NCBI RefSeq assembly: GCF_000025685.1
Contig: NC_013967.1
Coordinates: 1,500,001 to 1,532,000 of the forward strand
Source of the DNA: Haloferax volcanii DS2
GTDB taxonomy: Archaea > Halobacteriota > Halobacteria > Halobacteriales > Haloferacaceae
Length of the DNA stretch: 32,000 bases
Reading direction: 5' to 3'
Under the pieces are notes generated by a model. That model was given only the letters and a program-made list of their open reading frames with translations. It did not search any database and was not told where the DNA came from. The position numbers and the translations under genes are program-made. This document shows positions 6,663 to 15,580 of this stretch, piece after piece. How positions within the stretch are numbered: position 1 is the first letter of the stretch; each line of letters starts with the position of its first letter.

Positions 6663-9224
6663 TCACAGGATGTAGAACAGCGGGAACAGGAACAGCCAGA
6701 CGATGTCGACGAAGTGCCAGTAGAGGCCGAAGTACTCCACCGAGCGGCTGTCTTCGAGATACGCGCCCCGCCAGGCGCGCGCGGTCAGGTACAGTGCGAC
6801 GACGAGGCCCGCGATGACGTGGGCGGCGTGCAGGCCGGTCGTGAGGAAGAACGTCGAGGCGCGGACGTTCGTCGAGAGCCACAGTCCCTCGTGGAACAGG
6901 TGCTGCCACTCCAGCCCCTTGTTGACGAGGAAGCCGATGCCGAGGACGAACGTCGCCCCGAGACTCGCCACGAGGTCCCACTTGTGTCGCTTCTCGGCCG
7001 CGACGAGCGCGAGGACGACCGTGAAACTGCTCGTGAGTAGGATGTACGTGTTCACGAGTCCGGGAATCGGGTCGGACGGAATCGGCTCCCAGCCGGTCCA
7101 GCCGAAGGCGACGCGGGTGAACACGTACGCCCCGATGAAGCCCCCGAACAGCACCACGTCGGACGCGAGGAATATCCACATCCCGACCTTGCCGTTGTCG
7201 ATGCCGGCGAAGGGCCACGCCTCGCCCTCCTCGAAGACCGGGCCGTGGAACGGTTCGAGCCCCATGGCGACGAGCGACCCGAGGGTGACGACGCCGCCCG
7301 CGACGGCCGTCGTCGCGTAGGCGGCCCCGACCATCCCCTCGGGGAACGCGGCGTCCTGAAGCGGCGAGAGGCTGAGGAGGACGAGGAACGCGCCGGCGGA
7401 GAGGACGAACGGCCAGATGCTCGCGTGGCTCGGTCCCTCGACTTCGGTCGCTTCGGCGGTCGGGAGCGCGGACGAGACCGCCGTCGTTGCCGACGCGGTG
7501 ACGCCGCCGTCGGAGACGGCCGCGCCGGTCGGCCCGCTAGAGCGGTCCTCGCTCGGCGCGACCTCGCCGGCGTCGAGGAACTCGAGGTGACCGTCGCGGT
7601 AGGTCGGCGTCCCGTCGAAGTTCTCCAGCGGCGGCGGCGACGGGACGGCCCACTCGGCCGTCGTCGCATACTTCCACGGGTTGTCTGGCGCGGGGTCGCC
7701 GGCGAAGGCGCTCTTGAACAGGTTGTAGAACATGATGAGAAACGACAGCCCGAGGACGAACCCGCCGACGGTGGCGAGCTGGTGCCACGGCGCGAGTTCG
7801 GGCGCGTAGTCGAACACGCGCCGGGGCGTCTCCCACGCGACGAAAAGCGGGAAGTACAGCAGATTGAAGCCGACGAAGTAGACGGCGAAGTGGAGTTTGC
7901 CGAGGAACTCGTCGTACATCCGGCCGGTCATCTTCGGGAACCAGTAGTAGAGGCCGCCGACGAGCGCCGTCACCCCGCCGACCATCACGTAGTGGAAGTG
8001 GGCGACGACCCAGTAGGTGCCGCGGAACTCGTAGTCGAGGACGACCGCGCCGAGGAAGACGCCGGTGATGCCGCCGATGATGAACAACAGGAGCGCCCCG
8101 AAGACAAACAGGAACGGCGTCGTGAATCGTATCTTCCCCTTCAGCACCGTGTAGATGAGCGCGAACACCATCAGGTCGAACGGCAGGGAGATGCCGATGG
8201 TAGTAATCATAAAGAGCGTCTTCACCTGGAGGTTGATGCTCGTCAGGAACATGTGGTGCATCCAGACGGCGAAGCTCTGGATGGCGACGAGCACCATCGC
8301 GAGGATGAACCACTTGCGGCCGACGATGCGGCGGCCGGTGAACGTCTGGAACACCTCGGCCATGACGCCGAGCGCCGGGAAGAAGACGATGTACACCTCG
8401 GGGTGGCCGAAGAACCAAAACAGGTGGGTCCACAGGAGCGCCCCCGCCGGCGACTCCATGGCGAAGTAGGTCGTCCCGAGCAGGCGGTCGGACGACAGCA
8501 CCAGAAGCGCCGCCAAGAGCGCCGCGAAGGCGAACAGCATCATCCACGCGGTCAGGAGAATCGTCCAGCTGAACAGCGGGAGGTTCCGGAGCGTCAGCCC
8601 CTCGGCGCGCATCCGGTGCATCGTCGTCAGGAAGTTGACCGACGAGACGGTGACGGAGGCGACGAACAGCACGAGCGCCAAGACGGCCGTCGACGCCCCC
8701 ACGTCCGGCGTGAACGTCGGGACGTTCAGCGGGGCGTACATCGTCCACCCGCCGGAGAACGTCCCCCCTTGGAAGAACGAGACGCCGAACAGGATGCCCG
8801 AAAAGAGGTAGAGCCAGTACGACAGCGCGTTGAGCCGCGGGAACGCGAGGTCCTTCGCGCCGAGTTGGAGCGGGACGACGTAGTTTGCGAAGCCGAACGC
8901 GAACGGCGAGAGGAACCAAAACACCATCAACAGCCCGTGGGCCGAGACGGCCTGATTGTACGCGACGGGCGAGAGAATCCCCTCGCCGAGCGCGCGCGGA
9001 GCGAGCAGTTGGACGCGCATCAGCCACGCGAGGACGCCGCCGAGCACGAGGAAGAAAAGCGACGTGACGACGTAGAGGATGCCCACGTCCTTGTGGTTCG
9101 TCGTGACGAACCAGCGCTTGATGCTCCCCGTGCCGGGGAAGTCGTGGCCGTGGTCGTCGCCGCCGCGAGCGACCTCGTGGCCGCCGTGGGCCGCGGCGTC
9201 CCGTTCGGGAGACGCGTCGGTCAC
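6663..9224 (-). CDS. coxAC: A-type heme-copper cytochrome c oxidase, fused subunit I + subunit III
   Basis: An 853-aa product. Subunit I signatures: [28 protein letters not shown] (cross-linked His-Tyr pair and channel Glu), WMHHMF (CuB His pair), [12 protein letters not shown] (heme ligands) and [14 protein letters not shown]. After a Ser/Thr/Ala-rich linker come subunit III signatures: [28 protein letters not shown] and [13 protein letters not shown]. Confidence 0.95.
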   Translation of the reverse strand: MTDASPERDAAAHGGHEVARGGDDHGHDFPGTGSIKRWFVTTNHKDVGILYVVTSLFFLVLGGVLAWLMRVQLLAPRALGEGILSPVAYNQAVSAHGLLMVFWFLSPFAFGFANYVVPLQLGAKDLAFPRLNALSYWLYLFSGILFGVSFFQGGTFSGGWTMYAPLNVPTFTPDVGASTAVLALVLFVASVTVSSVNFLTTMHRMRAEGLTLRNLPLFSWTILLTAWMMLFAFAALLAALLVLSSDRLLGTTYFAMESPAGALLWTHLFWFFGHPEVYIVFFPALGVMAEVFQTFTGRRIVGRKWFILAMVLVAIQSFAVWMHHMFLTSINLQVKTLFMITTIGISLPFDLMVFALIYTVLKGKIRFTTPFLFVFGALLLFIIGGITGVFLGAVVLDYEFRGTYWVVAHFHYVMVGGVTALVGGLYYWFPKMTGRMYDEFLGKLHFAVYFVGFNLLYFPLFVAWETPRRVFDYAPELAPWHQLATVGGFVLGLSFLIMFYNLFKSAFAGDPAPDNPWKYATTAEWAVPSPPPLENFDGTPTYRDGHLEFLDAGEVAPSEDRSSGPTGAAVSDGGVTASATTAVSSALPTAEATEVEGPSHASIWPFVLSAGAFLVLLSLSPLQDAAFPEGMVGAAYATTAVAGGVVTLGSLVAMGLEPFHGPVFEEGEAWPFAGIDNGKVGMWIFLASDVVLFGGFIGAYVFTRVAFGWTGWEPIPSDPIPGLVNTYILLTSSFTVVLALVAAEKRHKWDLVASLGATFVLGIGFLVNKGLEWQHLFHEGLWLSTNVRASTFFLTTGLHAAHVIAGLVVALYLTARAWRGAYLEDSRSVEYFGLYWHFVDIVWLFLFPLFYIL

Positions 9225-10012
9225 GGAACCACCGCCGGTCGGAGGTTCGATTGCGCGGCGACCGATTCATCGGCGCTCGACTCGTTCGCTGTCGCATTGT
9301 CCGCGGTCGCGTTGTCCGCGGTCGTGTTCGCGTACCACGCCTCGTACTCGTCGGGCAGCATCACGACGACCTCGGCGGACATATACGAGTGGCCGGCCCC
9401 GCAGAGTTCGTAACACTGCGCGGTGTACGTCCCCGGTTCGTCGGCGGTGAACCACGTCTCCGTCTCCTGACCGGGGATGGCGTCGGATTTGACGCGTAAC
9501 TCCGTGACCCCGAAGTTGTGGAACACGTCCGCGGTGATAATCGTCAGTCGGACGGGCCGGTCGGCGGGGACCCGGAGCACGCCGTCGGTGGTGTGGCCGT
9601 TCGGGTAGGTAAAGCGCCAGCCGAACTGGTAGCCCTCGACGGCCACGTCGAGCGACTCGTCGTCGGCGGGGCCTTCCTCGACGTACAGGAGCGTCAGATA
9701 CGTCCACGAGACCAGCGAAACGACGATGACCATGCTCATGAAAAACGAGGTGAACAGCTTCCGGCCCCCGCCGCTTCCCGACGGGAGTTCCCCGAGGACG
9801 AGGCGGTCCCCGTCGTCGATGTGGCCGTTTCCGGAGCCGGAGCGATACTTGTACGCGTTGTAGAGCATATACCCCACGACGACGACGCCCACGAGCGTCC
9901 CCAAGAGCAGGAACACCTCGAAGATGCTCTCGAAGACGAACGCGCGGGTCCCCCGCGGAACCAACCCCGACTGGAGCGGGAACGCGGCCGTCAGTACGAG
10001 TTCCGCGACCAT
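9221..10012 (-). CDS. coxB: cytochrome c oxidase subunit II (CuA subunit)
   Basis: Two N-terminal TM segments are followed by a cupredoxin domain with the CuA ligand pattern FHNFGV...[12 protein letters not shown]. The gene overlaps coxAC by 4 nt. I prefer the ATG at 10012 over the TTG at 10027. Confidence 0.9.
   Translation of the reverse strand: MVAELVLTAAFPLQSGLVPRGTRAFVFESIFEVFLLLGTLVGVVVVGYMLYNAYKYRSGSGNGHIDDGDRLVLGELPSGSGGGRKLFTSFFMSMVIVVSLVSWTYLTLLYVEEGPADDESLDVAVEGYQFGWRFTYPNGHTTDGVLRVPADRPVRLTIITADVFHNFGVTELRVKSDAIPGQETETWFTADEPGTYTAQCYELCGAGHSYMSAEVVVMLPDEYEAWYANTTADNATADNATANESSADESVAAQSNLRPAVVP
9291..9332. repeat. 15-nt tandem repeat in the coxB 3' end
   Basis: The units are gtcgcattgtccgcg and gtcgcgttgtccgcg, plus a partial gtcgtgttcgcg. 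They encode [10 protein letters not shown] in the C-terminal tail. Confidence 0.8.
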
Positions 10013-10030
10013 TGATAACACCACCAAACA

Positions 10031-10040
10031 AAATAATTAA
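10031..10040 (-). promoter_or_regulatory. TATA-like element of the cox operon
   Basis: The minus strand reads TTAATTATTT, centred about 24 nt upstream of the coxB ATG at 10012. Confidence 0.45.
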
Positions 10041-10222
10041 CGTTCGTGATGGTTATTGTTTCGGAGCAATCGGGGAAAGCGGCGTCGAACGGGCGGTTCC
10101 GGTCGGTCGCAGGGCGAAGCGGGGAGCAAAACGAGCGAAGTCGCCGGCGACGACGAGTGATGGCGGACGGGCGGCGGGCGGGCGGCGGACGACGGCGACC
10201 GCGTCTGCGGCCGCGGTGACGC

Positions 10223-10738
10223 TCAGACCTCGTGTTGCGGGATGTCCGCGAACAGTTCGAGCAGGTAGCCGAGCGAGAGGCCGTACACCCAGTGAGCCAG
10301 AAGCGAGAACACGAGGAACGAGGCGATGACGAACGCGTCCGCGGGCGGCCAGAACGCCGGCACGAACCCGACCCAGTAGAGCGTCGCGAACGACACGCCG
10401 CGGAGGTACTTCGGTGACTCCGGCGGGAGGAACGCGCCGCCGACGACGAACGTCACCGGGAGGACGACGACCCCGCCGATGCCGAAGAGGAACGCTCCGA
10501 GGGCGAGCGTCGGTTCGTAGCCGAAGAACGCCCCCATACCGGCGAACCGCGTAATCGGCTCGGTCGTAAACAGACCGAGGAGTTCGGGGATGCCGACGAG
10601 GACGGGCAGCATCAACACCGTCCCGACGAAGCCGCTTGCCATCGCAGTGAGGATGACGTTCCCCGTGATGTCGTAGTCGGCGGTCTCGCCGGCGCGCTGT
10701 TCGACCGCAGTAGCCGGGTTCGGCGTCTCTTGACTCAT
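10223..10738 (-). CDS. membrane protein (about 5 TM), function unknown, flanking the cox operon
   Basis: A 171-aa ATG ORF that is Gly/Phe-rich and hydrophobic. No catalytic motif recognised. Confidence 0.6.
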   Translation of the reverse strand: MSQETPNPATAVEQRAGETADYDITGNVILTAMASGFVGTVLMLPVLVGIPELLGLFTTEPITRFAGMGAFFGYEPTLALGAFLFGIGGVVVLPVTFVVGGAFLPPESPKYLRGVSFATLYWVGFVPAFWPPADAFVIASFLVFSLLAHWVYGLSLGYLLELFADIPQHEV

Positions 10739-10852
10739 ACTCCCGTCATACTACGGAGTCATTCATGATAAAAGGTAATAAATGCCGTAGTGTCGAGGGG
10801 TCGCCGGCGCGAGTCACCGAGGTTTTTGCCCTCCGGACGCGCCCGTGAGACC

Positions 10853-11410
10853 ATGTACGAAGTCGAGGTCAAGGTCCGCGCGGACCACGGCGCGGTTCGC
10901 GAGCGACTCGACGCGGCCGGGGGCGAACAGGTCAACCGCGTCGCTCAGACGGACACCTACTACGACGCCCCGCACAGGGATTTCGCAGAGACCGACGAGG
11001 CGCTCCGACTCCGCCGGGAGTCGCGCTACGAGGGCGGCGAACTCGCCGACGAGGAGACCGTCGTCACCTACAAGGGACCGCTCGTGGACGAGTCGTCGAA
11101 GACCCGCCGGGAGTACGAGACCGGCGTCGAAGACGGTGAAACGATGAACGCTATCTGCGAGGCGGTCGGCTTCGAACCCGCCGCGACCGTCGAGAAAGAG
11201 CGCGAGCGGTTCGCCCTCGACGGCTACACCGTCTCGCTCGATTCGGTGTCCGGGCTTGGCGAGTTCGTGGAGGTCGAAATCGAAGTCGAGTCCGGCGTCG
11301 ACGACGCCCGCGACGGGGCGTTCGCCGTCCTCCAGGACCTCGGCCTCGACCCCGACGACCAGATTCGGACCTCCTACCTCGGGATGCTGCTCGGGTCGCC
11401 CGAAGAATAG
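10853..11410 (+). CDS. CYTH-domain protein (triphosphate tunnel metalloenzyme / CyaB-like class IV adenylate cyclase family)
   Basis: The product starts MYEVEVKVR, which carries the N-terminal ExExK signature. Alternating charged beta-strands follow (LRLRRE, VVTYKG, REYETGV, RFALDGYTVSLD, FVEVEIEV), as in the CYTH tunnel fold. Confidence 0.85.
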   Translation: MYEVEVKVRADHGAVRERLDAAGGEQVNRVAQTDTYYDAPHRDFAETDEALRLRRESRYEGGELADEETVVTYKGPLVDESSKTRREYETGVEDGETMNAICEAVGFEPAATVEKERERFALDGYTVSLDSVSGLGEFVEVEIEVESGVDDARDGAFAVLQDLGLDPDDQIRTSYLGMLLGSPEE

Positions 11411-11503
11411 ACGGACTATCGACCCCCGCGGGCGTCCGCAACCTCGGCAGATACTGCCCGAGCATACTCTCAGGTAATACGAGTGTGGCCAAAGGTTTCC
11501 GCA

Positions 11504-11512
11504 AGTTATAGA
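11504..11512 (+). promoter_or_regulatory. TATA-like element upstream of metK
   Basis: AGTTATAGA is centred about 30 nt upstream of the ATG at 11538. Confidence 0.4.
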
Positions 11513-11537
11513 ACCGCCCGCCGGGTACGTCCCGCCA

Positions 11538-12746
11538 ATGAGCGACCGAAATATCCGCCTCGAATCCGCCGACAAGCGCGCGGTCGAGGACCAGGAGGTC
11601 GAAATCGTCGAGCGAAAGGGTATCGGGCACCCCGACTCCATCTCCGACGGCATCGCCGAGAGCGTCTCCCGCGCCCTCTCGAACCTCTATCTCGACCGCG
11701 TCGGCAAAGTGCTGCACTACAACACCGACGAGACCCAGCTCGTCGCCGGCACGGCCGCGCCCGCCTTCGGCGGCGGCGAGGTCATCGAGCCCATCTATCT
11801 CCTCATCGTCGGCCGCGCCACGAAGGAGTACGACGGCGAGAAGATTCCCGTCGACTCGACGGCGCTCCGGGCCGCCCGCGAGTACCTCAACGAGAACATC
11901 CCCGGGCTCGACGTGGGCACCGACATCATCGTCGACGTGAAACTCGGCGAGGGCTCCGGCGACCTCCAGGACGTGTTCGGCGAGGAGACCCAGCAGGTCC
12001 CGATGGCCAACGACACGAGTTTCGGCGTCGGCCACGCCCCCCTGACCGAGACGGAGCGCATCGTCCTCGAAGCCGAGCGCGCCCTCAACGGCCCGGCCTA
12101 CGGCGACGACCACCCCGAACTCGGACAGGACATCAAGCTCATGGGCAAACGCGAGGGCGACGTCATCGACGTGACCGTCGCCGCCGCGATGGTCGACAAG
12201 CACCTCGACGACATCGACGACTACGTCGCCGCCGTCGACGACGTGCGCGAGTTCGTCTCCGACCTCGCCACCGACTACACCGACCGCGAGGTCAACGTCG
12301 AGGTCAACACCGCCGACGACTACGACGAAGGCTCTATCTACCTCACGACGACCGGCACGTCCGCCGAGCAGGGCGACGACGGCTCCGTCGGCCGCGGCAA
12401 CCGCGCCAACGGCCTCATCACGCCGAACCGCCCGATGAGCATGGAAGCGACCTCCGGCAAGAACCCCGTCAACCACATCGGGAAGATTTACAACCTGCTT
12501 TCCACCCACATCGCCGAGACGGTCGTCGACGAGGTCGACGGCATTCGCGACCTCCAGGTCCGCCTGCTCTCGCAAATCGGTCGCCCCATCGACGAACCCC
12601 ACGTCGCCGACGCGAAGGTCATCACGGACGACGGCGTCACCATCGCTGACATCGAAGACGAGGTTATCGCCATCATCGACCGCGAACTCGCGAACGTGAC
12701 CGACATCACCCGCCGGACCATCGAAGGCGAACTCAGCACGTTCTGA
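11538..12746 (+). CDS. metK: S-adenosylmethionine synthetase, archaeal type
   Basis: A 402-aa product. [27 protein letters not shown]...[10 protein letters not shown]...LIVGRAT...[12 protein letters not shown]...[35 protein letters not shown] is the archaeal MAT family pattern. Confidence 0.95.
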   Translation: MSDRNIRLESADKRAVEDQEVEIVERKGIGHPDSISDGIAESVSRALSNLYLDRVGKVLHYNTDETQLVAGTAAPAFGGGEVIEPIYLLIVGRATKEYDGEKIPVDSTALRAAREYLNENIPGLDVGTDIIVDVKLGEGSGDLQDVFGEETQQVPMANDTSFGVGHAPLTETERIVLEAERALNGPAYGDDHPELGQDIKLMGKREGDVIDVTVAAAMVDKHLDDIDDYVAAVDDVREFVSDLATDYTDREVNVEVNTADDYDEGSIYLTTTGTSAEQGDDGSVGRGNRANGLITPNRPMSMEATSGKNPVNHIGKIYNLLSTHIAETVVDEVDGIRDLQVRLLSQIGRPIDEPHVADAKVITDDGVTIADIEDEVIAIIDRELANVTDITRRTIEGELSTF

Positions 12747-12817
12747 GGCGTCGCCTCGCGGCGGGTCGAAACCAAAACAGAACACCGACCGCCGCGTCGC
12801 CGGCGCGGGCGACGACG

Positions 12818-15322
12818 CTACTCCTCGCCGTAGTACTTCTCGACCAGCCGCGCGGCCGCCTCGGCCGTCTTCCGGTAGTCGCGGTCGCCGTCCGGCGTCC
12901 GAACCGCGTACTCGTAGTGCCGACTGCTCGGCACGTACCACTTCTCGGGGAAATCGTCGAGGACGTGCCGCGGGTCGCCGTTCGTCGGCGCGCCCGCGCC
13001 CGCTTCGACGGCGGATTCGGTGGTGTCGTCGGCGTCATCCCTGTCGTCGCCGTCGTCCCCGAGACTGGCTTCGGCTTCCCCGTCGTCCCGGGGGGCCATC
13101 ACGGACGGGTCGGACTCCACGAGGAGCGTCTCGGGCACGTCGGGATGCGACGCCGAGATGCCGCGGTGGACGCCGGGCGTGTTCGACGCCGCGAGCGTCT
13201 GGTCCATCAGAATCTTCTGCATGCTAATCTCGTGGCCGTCGCCGGGGTCGCGCTGGTCGTAGCTGCCGTCGGCGTTCATCTCCCACGCCTTCCGGTTGTC
13301 CGCGAAGCCGAGTTCGAGGACGAACCGCAACTGCTCGCGGATGTCGGGGTCTTCGACGGGGGCGATAGCCTCCACGCGCTTGTCGAGGTTGCGGGTCATC
13401 CAGTCCGCCGAACCGACGTAGTAGTCGGGGTCGCCCGCGTTCTCGAAGTAGAAGATGCGGGAGTGTTCGAGGAAGCGGTCCACGACGCTCCGGACCGTGA
13501 CGGTCTCCGAGACGCCCTCCAGACCGGGGCGGAGCCGACAGATGTCGCGGACGAGCAGGTCGATGTCGACGCCGGCCATCGACGCCTCGTACAGTTCCTC
13601 GACGATGCCGGGGTCTTCGAGGGCGTTCATCTTGGCGACGATGCGGGCGTCGCGACCGGCGCGGGCGTGTTCGGCCTCCCGCCGGATGCACTTCGTGAAC
13701 TCGTTTCGCATCGTCACGGGCGCGATGAGGAGCTTCCGGAACTCCTCGTCGAGCGAGGGGCCGGTGAAGAAGTTGAAGACCTTCACGAGGTCCTGCCCGA
13801 TGTCGCGGTCGGCGGTGAGGACGCCGAGGTCGACGTAGCCCTTCGCGGTCCCGGAGTGGTAGTTGCCGGTGGCGACGTGGGAGTAGAGGCGGACGCCGTC
13901 TTCCTCCTCGCGGACGACGAGCGCCGTCTTCGTGTGCGTCTTCAGCCCGATGGTGCCGTAGGCGACGTGGATGCCTTCCTCTTCGAGGCGGCGGACCCAT
14001 TCGAGGTTGTTCTGCTCGTCGAACCGCGCTTTGAGTTCGACCATCGCCGCGACCTGCTTGCCGTTGTCGGCGGCGTCGATGAGCGCCTCGATGATTTTCG
14101 AGTCCGACGCCGTCCGGTAGATTGCGGCCTTGATGGCCAGCACGTTGGGGTCGTTGGCGGCCTCGTCGAGGAACTCTTGGACGGTGTCGCCGAACGAGTG
14201 GTACGGATGGTGCAACAGCACGTCCTTGCGGCGAATCTCGTCGAAGATGGTGTCGCCGCCGTCGCCGGCCGCCTCGGGGGACGACGCGCCCGAGCCGAGC
14301 CCCGCGCCGGCCGCGTCGAGGTCCGAAAACCGCGGGTGCGGCTGGGGTGTCCACGACTCCAGCGAGAGGTCCGGGCGGTCGAGGTCGGTGAGGTCCATCA
14401 GTTCGCGGTAGTCGAGCGGCCCGCGGAGTTCGAACACCTCGCGGTCGTCGAGGTCCAACTGCTCGACGAGGAGGTCCCTCGCGGCCGCGGGCGCGTCCGC
14501 CTCGATTTCGAGGCGGACCACGGTGGCGAAGCGGCGCTGTTCGAGCACCTCCTCTATCATGTCGATGAGGTCCTCCGCGACCTCCTCGTTGCGGCGGACC
14601 TCGGCGTTTCGCGTCAGCTTGAACACCGCGGTGTCGACGACCTCGACGTTCGGGAACAGCAGGTCGAGGTTGGCGCGGATGACCTCCTCCAAGAGGACGT
14701 ACCGGACCTCGTCGCCGTCGGTGTCGACCTCGACGAGCCGCGGGCGGTTCTGCGGAATCTTCACCCGGGTGAACGTCTGGTCGCCGTCGTCGTCGCGGGT
14801 GACCACCGCGAGCGACAGCGAGAGGTTCGAGATGAACGGGAACGGGTGGGCCGGATCGAACGACAGGGGCGTCAGCGTCGGCAGCACCGAGAGTTCGAAG
14901 TAGTCCCGCATCTCCGCCCGCTGGTCGGGCGTCAGGTCGTCGTAGTCACAGATGTGGATGCCCTCCCCGGCGAGCGCCGGGCGAATCTCCTCGCGGTAGC
15001 ACTCGGCCTGCCGCTCGAACATGGGCCGGGCCTTGTCGATAGCCTCCTCCCACTGCTTGAGGGGCGTCCGGCCGTCGGTCGTCCGCTCTGTCACGCCGGC
15101 GTCTATCTGCTGTTTCAGGCCGCCGACGCGCTTCATGAAGAACTCGTCTAAGTTCTTCGTGAAGATGGACAGAAATCGGACCCGTTCGAGAAGCGGGTTC
15201 CGGTCGTCGAGCGCTTCGTTGAGGACGCGGGACTGGAACTCAAGTTCGCTCAGCTCGCGGTTGAGATAGTACTGCGGGTCTGCGAGGTCGATGTCGGCTG
15301 GCAACTCGTCGGTCATTGGCAT
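12818..15322 (-). CDS. ppk1: polyphosphate kinase 1 with about 119-aa C-terminal extension
   Basis: PPK1 signatures present: YYLNRELSELEFQSRVL, ERVRFLSIFTKNLDEFFMKRV, GLKTHTKTALVVR (phospho-His region) and RFLEHSRIFYF. The start is the ATG at 15322 (or 15316), because the track's 15361 start is a TTG. The C-terminal acidic linker and final module are not part of canonical PPK1. Confidence 0.93.
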   Translation of the reverse strand: MPMTDELPADIDLADPQYYLNRELSELEFQSRVLNEALDDRNPLLERVRFLSIFTKNLDEFFMKRVGGLKQQIDAGVTERTTDGRTPLKQWEEAIDKARPMFERQAECYREEIRPALAGEGIHICDYDDLTPDQRAEMRDYFELSVLPTLTPLSFDPAHPFPFISNLSLSLAVVTRDDDGDQTFTRVKIPQNRPRLVEVDTDGDEVRYVLLEEVIRANLDLLFPNVEVVDTAVFKLTRNAEVRRNEEVAEDLIDMIEEVLEQRRFATVVRLEIEADAPAAARDLLVEQLDLDDREVFELRGPLDYRELMDLTDLDRPDLSLESWTPQPHPRFSDLDAAGAGLGSGASSPEAAGDGGDTIFDEIRRKDVLLHHPYHSFGDTVQEFLDEAANDPNVLAIKAAIYRTASDSKIIEALIDAADNGKQVAAMVELKARFDEQNNLEWVRRLEEEGIHVAYGTIGLKTHTKTALVVREEEDGVRLYSHVATGNYHSGTAKGYVDLGVLTADRDIGQDLVKVFNFFTGPSLDEEFRKLLIAPVTMRNEFTKCIRREAEHARAGRDARIVAKMNALEDPGIVEELYEASMAGVDIDLLVRDICRLRPGLEGVSETVTVRSVVDRFLEHSRIFYFENAGDPDYYVGSADWMTRNLDKRVEAIAPVEDPDIREQLRFVLELGFADNRKAWEMNADGSYDQRDPGDGHEISMQKILMDQTLAASNTPGVHRGISASHPDVPETLLVESDPSVMAPRDDGEAEASLGDDGDDRDDADDTTESAVEAGAGAPTNGDPRHVLDDFPEKWYVPSSRHYEYAVRTPDGDRDYRKTAEAAARLVEKYYGEE

Positions 15323-15417
15323 CGAGTGGGCATCGAGTGGGGTCGGGCGAACGTCGGGCAAGCGTCGGGCGCGACGGCGGGTCGTTCGGTGGTTGTACGA
15401 GTCGAAAACGGCGTGAA

Positions 15418-15497
15418 ATCTATTAAGGGGTTTATATTGTTTCGCCGTCTGTCTACGGTTCAGTAAATTGTACTATTTACAAATATATAACACTAAT
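15418..15497. promoter_or_regulatory. AT-rich divergent promoter region between ppk1 and thiI
   Basis: This is the most AT-rich stretch in the window. It contains TTTATATT (15431-15438; reads AATATAAA toward ppk1) and AAATATATAA (15481-15490, toward thiI). Confidence 0.5.
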
Positions 15498-15580
15498 AGC
15501 AGCGGAGAGCGACGTGCCGTGTCGGGCGCGGACGCCCCTCGAAACGAGACGCTGAAGGGTGCCGGCGGAGAACGCCGACC

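Noticed and set aside
7245-9413. A 722-aa ORF on the + strand, and the 586-aa ORF 7537..9297 on the - strand, both overlapping the oxidase gene
   Set aside because: Their translations are Arg/Gly/Asp/Pro-rich strings with no hydrophobic or motif structure. They are antisense or out of frame to an unambiguous coxAC gene. This is the typical GC-driven shadow ORF.
10853-11410. Calling the CYTH protein an adenylate cyclase (cyaB)
   Set aside because: Sequence alone shows only the CYTH/ExExK fold. Many family members are tri/polyphosphatases, so I left the gene symbol empty.
11411-11537. A SAM-responsive riboswitch or leader upstream of metK
   Set aside because: The TATA-like element sits about 30 nt from the ATG, leaving essentially no 5' leader. 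No extended conserved-looking helices are visible.
11151-15151. Long ORFs 11151..12941 (-), 11483..12649 (+), 12917..15151 (+) and 13224..14354 (-) overlapping metK and ppk1
   Set aside because: All are Arg/Gly/Val/Asp-rich, and all overlap genes with unmistakable family signatures in another frame or on the other strand.
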